Notes: a model not told the origin generated them from the letters alone. A DNA stretch of 64,000 nt from Phoronis australis (GCA_002633005.1 NMRA01000920.1:35197-99196); one strand, 5' to 3'. Positions 39,534-52,985 are shown, counted from the first letter of the stretch. Made by a program: numbers and translations.

Positions 39534-40985
39534 ATTCGAGACCATCTGACTATGTCTGGAATCTCTAGTCATTAATATACCAATTTTCGCCAACAATTCT
39601 AATTACTTCATCCCCAACACTTTCAAGAACTTTTCACGTACCCCTGGAGTGCGACGAGACGGACCTCACGTTTCACTTCTAATCTACCCCAGGTCGCATT
39701 GAGGAGGGGGGGGGCAGGCCGTTGGTAAGCCGATGCGGGTCCCCTGTTTCGTGCGACACTCTAAGCTGCAGCTTTCTTATCTTAAAATAATAATCCGTCA
39801 CCGCTGGAGGTATGAGAATGTTGTAAGGATGGGTTAACGTGGATTCCCCAACAAGTGACTACATTTTGTTTTCATCAGTCCAACGTTGTTTGTGATGACG
39901 ACAGCGATTGATTGAAAGGTTGACAATGACTTGAACATCACAGTATCCTTCATAATTGACTTTTTTGTGTTTTTTTAAAAAACTACGTGTGACATGGCGT
40001 TGCGTTTGAAAACAACAATTATTTTATACGCGTGTAGCTGTGGATGCATCTTATTGTAACTGTAAGCAAGGACTGTGGAGACTTAAATAAACTCTTTACT
40101 GCAAGTTCCTGAGAAGCCCATTTTGTGAAACTGTCATACTCAGATGCTGAGTCTCAATCAAAAGGTGTTGTTTTGACAGAAAGCATGGACTTAATGACGC
40201 TAGCAATTTAATTATTCAAAGATTTTGCCAGGGAGGGAGGTACATGCAGTAAACGTAGGATAATGGCTAACATCTTTGGCTGAAAGCTTTTTGAGAAGGT
40301 TTCATCTGTCTTGGTGTCAAATCCATTGGCGACTCTTAGAGTCAGTTTTTTGTTTTGCGCATGTGGTTGTGTCTGCTAAACTCTCTGATGGATCTTTGTT
40401 AAATCTGGCAAGTGCATTGGTGACAACGAATAATGACAATCGTACGGATCCCACTTCCACAATGACCCCTAGGCCAGGGTCAATTTGTTGTTACCTGTTT
40501 GAATAATAAATGGACAGAAAAAATCAATGGCGGAGAGAATGAAAAAATGATGTAAATCTTGCTGCAAGTCGGACGTGGAAGCAGGATAACCCTAACGCAT
40601 TGCAGCTGATCTGTCGGTGCAATGAAGAGACCAATAGCTGAGCTAGTACATTGTACGTGTGTGCTAAACGTGACATATTATAAACGCGACCGTTTAAAGT
40701 GTGGGCCTGTCAAAATGCAAGTTTCAATAAGACTATGAAAGGCAACTGACCACCGTAACTATTTCCAAATTTGAAAAAATAACTGCAAGCGAGGTTACTA
40801 AGACGAATAAAGTCTTCAGGTCCTCACCCAAAGGCCAAACTAAGGGTCTGCAGATCACCATGGTCACAGCATAGGTTTTACGGAATGTTTGTCACAATAA
40901 CAGTGGTCAAAGGGATTGGGGGAACCAAACGGCCGAAGTAATGTTTCCTCACAAGGATTAAGAGCCTGGAACATGTTTTACGTAC

Positions 40986-41201
40986 GGTAATCGTTGTGTC
41001 GTCTGTTGGTGACACTAACACCGTATACAGCATGAACGGTCTCCAAGTCCACTTTCCACCACGGATTCGGGTCGGTGGTGTGGGTACAGGTGTTACCAAC
41101 GAGGAAAATAGTATGTTTGTTTCCATCGACAGCACGTGACGACGCACCTCCCTCAGACCGAGTGCTTGCCTGGGAGGTGGCCTTACCGAGCGCGATATTC
41201 T
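40986..41201 (-). CDS. Exon: F-type lectin domain 2, N-terminal half
   Basis: ttgctttacag| ... C|GTACGT, 216 nt; ENIALGKATSQASTRSEGGASSRAVDGNKHTIFLVGNTCTHTTDPNPWWKVDLETVHAVYGVSVTNRRHNDY. Confidence 0.92.
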
Positions 41202-41377
41202 CTGTAAAGCAATGGCACAAATGCAGACCAGTCTCAGTATAGCTCTACTAATAAAAACAATAATTTTACTGTTAATTGTCTCAGATCCGGCACGTGAATC
41301 CCACACACTTTCCTTAATGTCTCAGGTCGTTATTATGGAAGAGCAACGTCTATGTTTCATCTCATATAGCTGCTTAC

Positions 41378-41590
41378 CCATCTTGCCATAAACTTCCACC
41401 TCACATAGACTTAGAGCCTCCGCTCCCACCTTCTGTATATACAAGTATCTCCCACCAACAGGCTTTATACAAGGGACAACCACTGTTGCACCAGGACCAA
41501 CAGTTTCGCCATAATGACGGCACAAGGTGTCAGTAGATGAAATCTTTGACTTTCTGGATACTTTGATATCAAAATTTGATAATCTTTCAG
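41378..41590 (-). CDS. Exon: F-type lectin domain 1, C-terminal half
   Basis: actgtttcag| ... G|GTAAGC, 213 nt; ERLSNFDIKVSRKSKISSTDTLCRHYGETVGPGATVVVPCIKPVGGRYLYIQKVGAEALSLCEVEVYGKM. Confidence 0.92.
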
Positions 41591-43129
41591 CTGAAACAGT
41601 ACCGTACACATTAATATAGATATTATAAAGCATGAAAATCCTTCTATAGTCTGGAGTTGCGACAAAGGCGTATTTGACAATTTTTCTAGCTTTCGGTTGA
41701 GCTGTCACGGTTTTTGTTTGTCCCGCGTCCCACCACACCATCAAACTGCCCCGCTTTTTGATATACAATAACATTAATATATTATCACATAGTATTCTCC
41801 ACGTCATCTAAGCATATTTTTCTGGTTTTAAATACCCTACTGGGGCATGTTCATCATCCTTGTGTTTTGGAATAGACCTAGATGTCTCGATTTATACACG
41901 AATTTCTCACTTTTCAACTCCAGTTGTCCCAGTTTTTTACACTCAACTGTTGGCAACTACGCTAAAGTGAACGGATTTGTGAAAGAAGTCTACAAATATG
42001 AAGGGTCGTGAGTCCAAGCATGTCCGGAGGACCATAAGCTCGAAGAATAAGTCAGTCCGGGATTATGGTTAGTCGGAACTAAGTTCAAATTTTAACAAAT
42101 AATATGCAGACTTATTAGTCCAAAATCTAACAACGCAAAGCTGTTAACAACCGAGCAACAAGTTAGAAGCCTGCGAAATTTTGAACTATTCAACCATTGC
42201 GACTACAAAAACTCGGAACACAATTGCCGAACATTGTTGAAAGATTTTTAACAGACACTAGATTCAATTCGTTGGTTTCGGAGAGATACGGTAGGGGGCA
42301 GCAGCCGTGGCTGCGCACAAACTACAACAAAATCCCGGCCTCGATAAATGTGGATGGGCACTGAAAAACATGGTTTAGTATATCTACCAAATGCACTGTT
42401 ATAAGACGAGAAGCTTTTTATTTTCGAAACCTAAATACGGAACCTTGCTTAATGAATTTACATGTATCAGTGACCGTAGAGTTGTGTTAACTTCATGAAC
42501 AGCGAAGATTCATGAAAATACATTTTCAAGGCCGAGTGCAAATTCTGGATGGTGCTGAACCACCGATGCCTGCTCCACTTCTAACGTCTTCTGACAGAAT
42601 TGGTATAAAATGTTCAAGTTAAAACAAACTTTTGGATTAATGAACCTTCAGACTCGTGAACTTTTGACAATCGGTTTACATAATTGTGAGTATGTAGACA
42701 GGAGGTTGAAGAAGCATGCTAGCAACGGACAGTTATTAAAGCTGGCCTCGGAATTTTTGGTAGTCTGTTAAGTTAAATACATATATTGGCCTCTTTATCA
42801 TAACATCAACGGAATTTTGATAATAATTGTTCAAAAATATGATATCTCTTGTTCATTTTTGGCGGGCTAACCTATTTGCTTCTGTACTATTAGTTACGCA
42901 AGCTTTTGTTAAAATTTCAGTTGGTTAATCACATTCGTTCTAGGCCAAAACAGAAGCACGAATTTTAAGGTGAGCGCCTACGTAAATAAAGACATGTTTA
43001 TCCGACGGTTCAGTTTATTACTTTAAACCATTTTCAAGGCAACAGTCCACATACTCAAACAGGCGACACAAGTGGAAAACAAACTGTTTAGGTACACGTC
43101 AAAGTGTACTGTGAGATGAGAATAGAAAT

Positions 43130-43450
43130 CAAAACAGTTGGAGCTCAAATGAACCAATGTTTTTATTGAGGTAACGCTCAGCATGGTTCAACCGTATATG
43201 CATATCCTCCTTTATGAGGAGCCTCACTCTGACCCTATCCTTGTCTGAAATCTGAACCTATAGTGTGACCAGTTGTCAATGAGTGGTTGAGAACAGCACT
43301 GTGTGTGTCTTTACAGTGTTCCGTGACTCTGATGCTAAGAAACCTGCTGGTCATTCCAACGTAAAACTGCTCACATTCATTACAGTTGAGTTGGTACACA
43401 ACATGACATCTTTGGGAATTACTCAATGGTGTTTTTAGTCCAGGAAGACT
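43130..43450 (-). mobile_element. Penelope-like element GIY-YIG endonuclease fragment
   Basis: HVVYQLNCNECEQFYVGMTSRFLSIRVTEH...SAVLNHSLTTGH followed by RLLIKE..HIR...LNKNIGSFELQLF. Confidence 0.85.
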
Positions 43451-43670
43451 TATGGCATTACCAAGGTACTGAGTATGGTACACATAGTGCAAACGCTAAT
43501 ATAAGGCATCTTTAACGTGATACTTTTTCTGTACCATGTACTAACACTAGACTATTGTAATTAAACAAAATCGTCTATAATAAACACTTTTAGAATATTA
43601 GTAATTTTCGACGAAACGATCAGGTTTTTTACGAATTCGTTGAGACCGGCATGGTTCGAGTGGTAAAACC

Positions 43671-43890
43671 ATGCGCTCACCCGCTTAAAATATAGGGGGC
43701 TCGAATTTTTGAAAATGTGTACCTTTTACTTACAAAAAAAAGGTGAACTAAAAACAAAAATAACGGGGTACCACGTTCAGAGCTATGAATTTTGCAGTAA
43801 CTGATTTTTAGTGGAATTTCGTCTCGTTTTCTCAAACTTTTTGTTTCTCCGAGGAGGACTTTTTTGCTCACTTCGCTAAATGGGGTAGGG
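43671..43890 (-). mobile_element. Truncated copy of the CATG-terminus MITE family
   Basis: catgcgctcacccgc...ggggctcgaatttttgaaaatgtgtacctttt...gagctatgaatt, collinear with 15337-15545. Confidence 0.75.
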
Positions 43891-43899
43891 CGGACGTTG

Positions 43900-44780
43900 A
43901 AGTGACCGCTGAAGCTGTTGGCGTGGCAGTGTCCAGCCTACATCCAAGTACTGAAGAAAGGTGTACACCTGGTTCTGATTTACCAGCTTCCGCGAATATC
44001 TCTTGTATGTACCGACTGTTACGTTGTAGCTTTGCACTAGTTGCCGTTAGAATTATATAGGAACATGGTTCCTGTCATTTATGACAACTGGAGTCGTCCA
44101 AAGTTTTTCGTTTTCGTCAGTCCTTGTATAAGAGCTTCATTCCTGGCATTAACTGACAGAGATGATGGTAGGCCTACTCATCGTTGCCTCACATTTTTTA
44201 AAGGCACAAAAGCATTGTACAATATACAAAGGAGTCTCACACCACACCCCTGCGTGTGCATTTCTAGACCTGGCAACAAAATTAGAACCCGTGCGTATTC
44301 TTGGAAAAAAGAACCAGAGACGATCACCTGTTGTTAATTTTTTCATATTCACAATTTCGGAAAAAGAGAAAGTTTTCCATTTAAATATCAGTATAGTTCG
44401 GCAGCAGCCTTTCGTTAACACAAACTTCGTTGAAAAAAACGACTTAATTCTGTGTTTGAAAGCTTGATACTGATACTTTTAAACCATGTTGGTAAAATGC
44501 AAGTTAAGTCTAAAAGTAGACCATGTTTAGGAAGAACAGGTTTAAGTTTTTAAGTCTTGAACCTGGTTTTGTTAAACCACCTTATGAAATCGGCTGCATG
44601 TGTCCAATGCAACACTGTTCACGAGAATGGAGACGAAACATTCGTCCATGTGAATTGGTAAACATCATTACATTTGGCCACTGGTCAGAGTCTTTCACGA
44701 CTTTAGTTGTTTTTTCATGACAAGGTGACGTGACTTTACATTCTGATTTGAATACACTACACCTCGCCCCCAACCTCGTA
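43900..44780 (-). mobile_element. Possible decayed Gypsy integrase C-terminus
   Basis: LTTGDRLWFFFPRIRTG resembles the VGD.VW...P module upstream of GPY/F; otherwise degraded. Confidence 0.3.
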
Positions 44781-44795
44781 CACTCTTGTCGTGAC

Positions 44796-44951
44796 NNNNN
44801 NNNNNNNNNNNNNNNNNNNNNNNNNNNNNNNNNNNNNNNNNNNNNNNNNNNNNNNNNNNNNNNNNNNNNNNNNNNNNNNNNNNNNNNNNNNNNNNNNNNN
44901 NNNNNNNNNNNNNNNNNNNNNNNNNNNNNNNNNNNNNNNNNNNNNNNNNNN
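44796..44951. other. Assembly gap (156 N)
   Basis: Run of N. Confidence 1.
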
Positions 44952-45620
44952 TTTAATAATAGTTGTGACAACAGGCAGGCCGATTATCTACCAGGCTTAT
45001 TACAGACCAGGTGGGAACACAGTCAAACCCAGAGGGAATTGGTACATTCGGAAAGAATAGATTATCGTAACTTCGGTTGTAGTTGGGCGATTTTGGCAAT
45101 TCAAAACTAAACATGATCGCCATTTGACAAGGATTTCAGAAAGGTCATTGGTTTATGTTCAAATGTGTTGTAACATAACTTTTATTTTTAGCAGCACAGC
45201 CCAGTCAAGCTATATATGATCTTATTGGAGATTAGAGCAATTATCGAACAAAAGAGAGTTGGCCCTCCAACCATAAATGCCAGAATGGCGTTAATCAGTC
45301 GTGTAGGATATTAGCTACAGGGGTGTTCTTCCCAACTTGTTGTTGTGCTATAGAATCGAACAAGTTGGGAGCAACGGGCAAGCGCCGTAATGGACAGGTT
45401 TCACCTGTTTAATTAGTGGTTTCATATAATAAATTAATTACTGGGTTTAATCATTCCCTATCCATCTACGCACAATCTCAAAGCATAGCTACCTTTTAAA
45501 CAAACCCACAGTCAATCTCTGACAACAACAAATACACGGGAAAGCAGTGATCGAAATAATCCACGCTCCCAACGATAGTTGAGGTGAAAACAGATGTGAT
45601 GATTTGAAAAAATTACGTAC

Positions 45621-45830
45621 AAAATTTCAGTCTGTTTGTTATACTGACAGCGTAAACGGCATAAATTCTCTCCAGGTCAACTTGCCACCAATGGGGTTTC
45701 GAACTGTCATCTGTGTGTGAACAGCTGTTCCTTGACCAGGCTGTGTCTTTGTTTCCATCGACAGCACGTGCCGAACCACTCCCATAATAGGTGGTTGACT
45801 GGTAAGTAGGCTTGCCCAGTGCGATATTCT
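45621..45830 (-). CDS. Exon: F-type lectin domain 1, N-terminal half (frame not shown in ORF track)
   Basis: tttattacag| ... T|GTACGT, 210 nt; ENIALGKPTYQSTTYYGSGSARAVDGNKDTAWSRNSCSHTDDSSKPHWWQVDLERIYAVYAVSITNRLKF. Confidence 0.92.
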
Positions 45831-47025
45831 CTGTAATAAATATTCATTGACTAGCAAAAATTTGCATAACTGGTACTGGTTTGCGCCATTCGCAAATGGC
45901 AATGTACTCCTCACTGCTAAAAAACCCAATGTCCATTGCCTCTCGCGAACCTTTTTATCGAATGCTGCACAAATATATCTAAGTGGTAAGTCTGACTGAG
46001 AAAGGAACTTTTACGTTTTTGGATCATTTATAAAATTGCTATTGTAAACTGTACTAGTCGTTTTAATAAAAGAATATCATATAACAAATACATCCTTTCA
46101 AAAGGACACTTTCTTCCAATTAGAAGGCGTGTCAGCTTTATGTTTAGTCAAAACATGATCAACATTTATGCTGCAAACTGATGGCAAAAGAGTTGCTAAC
46201 TTGATGAAAACGTATCTTAGAAAGTCTGATCACGTTCAATGTGAATGTTTATCGGCGCACGAACGTACCAGGCTCCGTGACATCTTCGTTGAAAAACGTG
46301 GCTGTACAATGAACCACGTTGCCTTCAAGGTACTTGAAAAGTTTAGTGGTTGTCTTGAACCTGGTTATTGTGGGTTTTCCTGAAATAGCGGTACGCGAAC
46401 TTTACCCTAAACCTTTCACTTAAGTGCTGTTCGAAGAAGCAACATACTCTCATTCACAATAATGCCTACAGGTAGACCTTTCGAGTCACCTCAGATTAAG
46501 TCTAACTTGAGTTCTGTCCACACACTCCGATTAGTCGCATGCCACCCCGTAAACGACAAAACGGAGCACGCAAGCACGTGTTTTGAACTAAAAAGTCATG
46601 TACCTATTCTTTGAGGTATAGTACGTTGTATATTGCTTTTGTAAGAAACCATAAGGTACAGTCGCACCACTCTAAATATACACTTCGCGCAATACTAAAG
46701 ACCATCTCTGATTCTGCAGTACTTACACTCAATGCACTGCATTCGCGGGACACCTGCTGTACAAAGTTGCCATTCTGAGCACTACTGAATATAAGTGTTA
46801 GTAAGTTTGCCACGTCGTTCTGAGATGAGTAAAGTTTTACTGCTCTACAATGAGTTGCAATACAGATATAAATGAATTAAAAAGCTCAACGAGGTATGGT
46901 ATTATCAAACGGCCCTCACTTGTCCGACTAGGCTCATAAGTGTACTAGTGGCCCTACGTGTCGAAATCAAAAGACAATCAGGCGTTTTTCTCCCCTCAAA
47001 CGAAGAGCTGATGGTTTAGGGATCA

Positions 47026-47169
47026 GGGTCCAGTTGCATGAAAGCTATACGCCCTATAGCAACAGCATTATCACTTGTCATGTTGTTATTGTTTAACAAT
47101 GCACCTGACGTCATGCAACAAGCAAACTTATACAGTGGATAACTTTTGAAGTTTTATGCAACTCAGCCC
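47026..47169. mobile_element. Short PIF/Harbinger-like MITE
   Basis: gggtccagttgcatgaaa / tttatgcaactcagccc; flanks tca/tga; termini related to the 39133-39533 element. Confidence 0.65.
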
Positions 47170-48452
47170 TGATGCAATTCCGTATACATTCTGATTTTGA
47201 GCCTTATAAGCGCACATTTAGGTCCGTATGCCTAAATGTGAAATAATTTGCCTTAAGGTTAATTGTGTCCAAGTACTCCATGTACAGCTGCACCTAAGCT
47301 TCCCTTACTAGGTTCATTGTCCTTTCGGTGTCTTAGAGTGGGCGTTTTCACGTGTTTTCGTGAATTGTTAGGACATTTTATTTAATTAACTTAGTTACTT
47401 TAACAGTAATTAGACTACACGTTTGTTCTTTTGAGACGACTAAATTTCTCCTTACACGATACTTTTAAGACTTGCCCATTGTTTTTTCTTAAGACTGCAT
47501 TTTACCCTGTTTAGCACGCTCATAAACGATCACGAAATACACTGTTGTTCCTTTACTCTCACGAAATAGGTCTCGTCATACTCCTTACTTCAACTAGTAG
47601 GATTGCTCTCCAGAGTTTATTGGGATTGAACAAGTCTGAATTTCTAACTCGAAAATTGCGCATGTGTGCATTGCCGGCAATTCCGACAATAATTCATGAT
47701 CGGAAGAGCTTGTTCTTAAATTCTTTACTTTACAGTCATCTATTTAGAACGCAGGTAGAAAGTAATCAATCGAACTATTTCACTAAAATATAATTATTTC
47801 TGAATTTTTAGCCATGTTTTGTTTTCGCGCAAACGCTGCTCACTTTTTAAAAAGCATTTTAACTGTCTTTTAAAAAGCAGCGAAATGCAGCATTACATGA
47901 CTCAAATGTTTCAAGTACAAAGTGCCACACCTAAAAAAGAGAGCAAGTGGCGTGGTGACTTTTTCGATACATCAGGCGCGTTTAAGCCACAAGGCCGGGC
48001 CCATTACACTAATCACCTGATTATGACTCATGGGGACACGATGTCATCGGATTCCCCATGGCTAAAATCTTCCAATCCGCTTGTTTGTTTCAGAAAGACA
48101 GAAATACTATTAAACCTGTATGAACTAACAATGTTAACCAAGCGGGTTATGTGTCCATCAAGTAATAGATTACAACGTCTATTGTAGGCAGGGCAAATCT
48201 TCCCCAGATGTTGAGGAGTCTCGGCCTCCTAGCCACACTTGGGACACAATGAACATGATATGTGGCCTGTGATGTGACGGTTCCGGGCGAGGTTGAAGTG
48301 TTCAGTAATAATCTGGATCAGATGCCTTATAGCAAGTCTATCTAAACATAACAGTGACACCTATAGGTGCACGAGCCAAATTATGGGTTAAAGTGATGCA
48401 TATGCGGTACATTTGTTGCTTTCACACACTACTAAACGAATTAAAAACATAC

Positions 48453-48638
48453 TTTCACAATCAGGCACTTTGAAACTCCACTTATATTTCCCAATACACT
48501 TCGTCGTTAGTGACTTGTCCTTCAATTTATCTGAGAAGCTGTAACCCATTTTGCAGGTAAATGTAACAACTGTATCGATCGGAACGGCCACATGGTGGTC
48601 AGCAACGCTGTTCTTGACATCAGGTACCCAGCATGCCA
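48453..48638 (-). CDS. Exon: sushi/CCP domain 1
   Basis: ggcttttttcag| ... A|GTATGT, 186 nt, phase 1-1; ACWVPDVKNSVADHHVAVPIDTVVTFTCKMGYSFSDKLKDKSLTTKCIGKYKWSFKVPDCE. Confidence 0.9.
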
Positions 48639-49353
48639 CTGAAAAAAGCCATACCTCAAGTGAAAAGCAAGCTTGATATCAACGTCATTTTAATTCTGAG
48701 ACAAGATGCCTCACAACTTCTGTGAACATGTTTTCGTAAAAAATACTTCATCGTTCAGTACTTCAAACGTGTTTATTGGTTTTGACTGCTAGCAAATCCG
48801 AGTTCCCGGGTGAGCCGCAGATGGGGATTGACAATGGGAGACCTGACTTTGAAGACAGTAGCAACGATCACGTGACATTAATTGGCTACTATTGGCCTCT
48901 TGATGGCAATTTCACTTTTGTTTAAAACGCATCACGGCTAATCACATACACTTTTCACGAAGTCAAACGTGTTCAGCAATGTCACACGCTCATGTGGGGA
49001 GGTAGTACCTCCTAGTACACCTAGATCACTATAAATAAGATTTGGTGGTCCAACGTGATCAGCCACCATATCATCTCAAGAGCCTCCCATTAGAAATGTT
49101 CCAGTGAATGAATACCACAGAGCACGTTGTTTTAGTTGAGCTGACATTGAGGTTTGAGTAGCAGGTGCTCGCGGTACTCTGTGTATCCCTACAATCATTT
49201 GTTTTGATCGTTTTGAAAAGTTAACTGAATTCCTCTCTCTTTGTTGGCACCACCCATGCGTTCTCCCCATTTTCAAACTCCATCTCTTTCCTTAAATCTC
49301 CCACTCCACGCTATCTTCACATTCCTCCGCCTCGCGCGCGTTCACTTACGTAC

Positions 49354-49599
49354 CAGGGCATTTGGGTATGTCACAATTTTCCCACCGGGACTTCGGGTCT
49401 GTGGTATAACACCAAGGGACCGATTCTTCAAAGTTCGGAACATTTCTACAATAATTTTGATCGTCATGGTACACTATTATCATGTTGTGCGTATGAGGAG
49501 ATTGCTTCTGCCACGCCTGGCATGTGCGACCAGTCTCTGTTTTGCTGATGGATCCTCTGTAGTGAAGGCCCAATTTATCGTCCGGTTGGAGGCATTCCT
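49354..49599 (-). CDS. Exon: kringle domain
   Basis: tttgtcatttcag| ... G|GTACGT, 246 nt, phase 1-1; ECLQPDDKLGLHYRGSISKTETGRTCQAWQKQSPH...NYCRNVPNFEESVPWCYTTDPKSRWENCDIPKC (six Cys, YRG, NYCRN, PWCYT). Confidence 0.95.
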
Positions 49600-52500
49600 C
49601 TGAAATGACAAATGAAGACTTGTGCATCAGTTGTTTTAGTTCAGACGGCTAACGCCAAAATTATACCCGCTGTCTGAGAATGGCTTGCTCCTTTCTATTT
49701 CGATTAATTATGATAAATAGACCTCTTGACAGAGCCTCAAGTTAATAGAGGTATATCTAGGTAATTCACTCGGCATTAATTGTTGTGCCGGGAATTCAAT
49801 GATTGTGTGTGGAAACCTAGTGGTTTGTTTTTATGCCACCAATCGGGTAACCACACCATAAGCCTACCACCCAGCGTTGTCCCTTGATTATAACTACGCA
49901 CACGCTGTTTTGGATTTAATCTGGGCCGTGAACTGGAAGAGCATATTGTATGTTCCTGTCTCACCGTCCAGGTTTTCGTCAATCACCACAGGGGATATTA
50001 TTCACGACGTTAATGTTTGTGCTTTGATCTGGCACTATGGGTGGTTGTAAGTCCTAGGGTACCTTTTCCACTTTTATCACGAATAAGTTCGAGGAACTGA
50101 TTGATTTATCTTATACCTAAATTAGACCGATTATTTAATTTTCATGATTTTTTATAACTGGTATGTTATATGGTACTTTGGTGTTCTGACTTGTTGAAAC
50201 GGGATACAACTTCCTGCATTAAGTGATATTGGCCAACTTAGGTAGACTTGTATTTTTTAGCAATAGTTGAGATTTTTTGCGACCTAAATTTCGTTTCAAA
50301 TTGGTGCTTTCTAGTATAAAGCCTGAATTATGCAAATACGGATCGATCCTAAGGATTAACGGGGACTTCCGATAAAGTGTAGAGTTCCGTAGACCGCAAT
50401 GCATTACCTTGCAAGAGACCTTTGCTTACGGAATGGAAACAGTGAATTCAATCCCATAGTGCATGAATTCGATCCCATACATCTCAACATCACCATCCAA
50501 TCGCTTCAGCGGCCGCCATTTTCCTAGGTAGCGTGATTTTGCGAAGTCTTGCGAGATTTTCTTTTCTGTGCAAGAAACTAGTTTAAAGAACTTTCCCTAG
50601 AACTCGCCCAAAAAGGTACTGACGATGAACGTTTTTCCTATGAAATTTTGTCATTGCGTTCTTTTCATTTGTGGTTCTGAATAAGGGCCGTTTTTGCATG
50701 AAGTGACAAGTTATGTTTTGTTTAATGACACCAAACAACTTGAAAAAATCAAATCGTACTTGCATTTTTAGTCCAGTGTCTGCTTTTTTAATCACAACGC
50801 AACGTACAGTCCCGCCTCGGGAACAACGGGACTTGAAGAAATTGTTTCCGAAAGAACGTCCTGGGAACTTTATCGGAAACCCCGGGTACACCAGTTAGGC
50901 CTAAGGTGTACATGTTTTATCATTGTGATATAAAGACATTTCATAAAAACGCCCTGGGTACTTTTTGGGAACAAAAAGCGACTTGACGAAATCGTTGCAT
51001 TCAAAAAGCGCTCGCGACACTTCATCGAAAATCCCAGATATATCGGGTCATATGGACCGAGGGACAGCAAATGTTACCTAAGCTCAAATGCCAAAAGCAA
51101 CATTGACCTCTCAAGGTCCATATGGCCTGATATGTCCGATGTATCGGTGTTTGTTTCCTTACACGAACACTGGTACTTCTTGCCTTAGAAACTTGCATGC
51201 TGACACTGTACGCTCGTTTTGTAGTCAGGGTCTATTGTTTCTGCCGCATCTGACATAAAAGATCGCAAACAGCGACATCTGATGTTTAGGCGGAATGAAA
51301 GAAAAGTTGTATTTCATAGTCAGCTTGGCCAATATTATTGCATGCCGAAAATAAAAATCCACACTTCAGACCTGCATTTTAATGATATGCAGGGCCATTG
51401 AAACTAGGGAGGATATGTGGACACCTAAAAATTTGTAGCTTCAGTGAAGACTGATGTTTCCACCAAGAGTGGAGCAAAGTGTTAAATTCCTCTAAGTAAC
51501 TCCAATAATTTTAGTAATCTAAACCCCCTATCATTGATATGGCGTTTGATATTGGTCAGTCATCGTCAAAAATGTATAACCAGCAGTCTGTATAGTCACT
51601 GTGTTAAACAAATCTAAATGCAATCGGCTTAATTAGAATTCAATATATTTATTCTACAACCCAGCACAAAGTCACACGGAAATGCAATAGTAATGCCAAT
51701 TAATCACTGATTATATTATTTGACATCTTACCTGTTCTTGTAAAACGAATGATAGTGGCATTAATTTTATGTTTTCTTGATTTCAAGTTTCTGTTTTATT
51801 GAATCGTAAAAATGTCCTTGAGTGTATGTATGGTGCCAGAATAAAACACGCCATCTACCGTGATATACACATTGTACTCTGGACATAAGTGCTCAACGTA
51901 AGAGTCCGTTGCCGACAGCATGTGGCGAACTTTACGATCAATCGGACATATGTCTATATAAATACGTTAAAGTGAAAGATACTAACGTTATACAAAGTAT
52001 TCTTAGTTCTTTTTATTACCTTTAATTATACCTTATCGTTATCTCTTAAAGTTTTGTCAACTAGTAAAAGTATAAATTTTCTGAAAGAAAAAAGATTAGG
52101 GAATATAAAAATGTTTTGCATTTTTAAATACAAAACATATTATTATTACACTTGTTAGGTCAAAATTTCATGTCTAAGAAAGGTACATTCATAGAAAAAT
52201 AACCCCTCGGTTAATTTTAGTGAAACCCTTTTTAAATACCTCAAAAAGCTACTAGGAATTTTCGATTAGTCTATTCGTTTGATTTCTATGACAAATCAAC
52301 TCGCAAAATGTCATGTATTTTTTATAGAAAATAGGTCGTGTTCGTCTTTGTTACATTACGCTAAAACTTGGCCTTTATATCAAAAATCCTAGGAGTGTCT
52401 TTGAGATTGATGATTAAATATTTATATTGAAAGTTTCACCGAGCCTTTTTCGAGAACTCGTGTTCCGTAGTTCAAATTAAAGGCTAATGCCACCCGATTT

Positions 52501-52653
52501 AATTAGTCATTTTTACCGTCTTAATCGGTCTGGGGTCACATCGGCTCGTACACGGTCGACCTTACCTTGCCGAAAGGTGTCGCGTTAGCCTGTGAGGAAG
52601 GTGAGAAAGTCCGCAGCGACGTCAGTGGTTCGTATGCAGAGTGGAATTCCGCC

Positions 52654-52985
52654 ATGGTGTGGTGTGTCGTTCCTGCCCGTTCGAACTATGAAGCGGCGAG
52701 GAAAGCGGGTACATCGTTTTTTCGATTTCCTCGAGAGCCCGAAATGCTTAGGAAGTGGCTCGCGGCAGTGAAAAAGGACAAGTACGGAGTTCATACCAAG
52801 TACGCGAGGCCGTGAAACATCTTCGTGTCTGTGGCCGACATTTCGTGGACAGTGATTTCAATGACGAATTCCGGCTTGCCAAACAGCTCATGCCAGGGCA
52901 GAAAAAGCAACCGAGGCTGAAGTCAGATACTGTGCCTAGTGTGTTTGCGTTCGGCAGGCAGGAAGCAAAGAAACGTGGATCAGTT
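52654..52985 (+). pseudogene. THAP zinc-finger (transposase N-terminus), frameshifted
   Basis: gccATGG; MVWCVVP...SFFRFPREPEMLRKWLAAVK / LRVCGRHFVDSDF...PRLKSDTVPSVF. Confidence 0.88.

Noticed and set aside
43645-43670. tRNA or SINE head (tggttcgagtggtaa, A-box-like)
   Set aside because: No B box or cloverleaf; interrupted by a MITE.
51732-51790. Possible first coding exon of the lectin gene (ATG...CAG|GTAAGA on the minus strand)
   Set aside because: Phase 0 from that ATG does not fit the phase-1 kringle exon and there is no signal peptide; unsupported.
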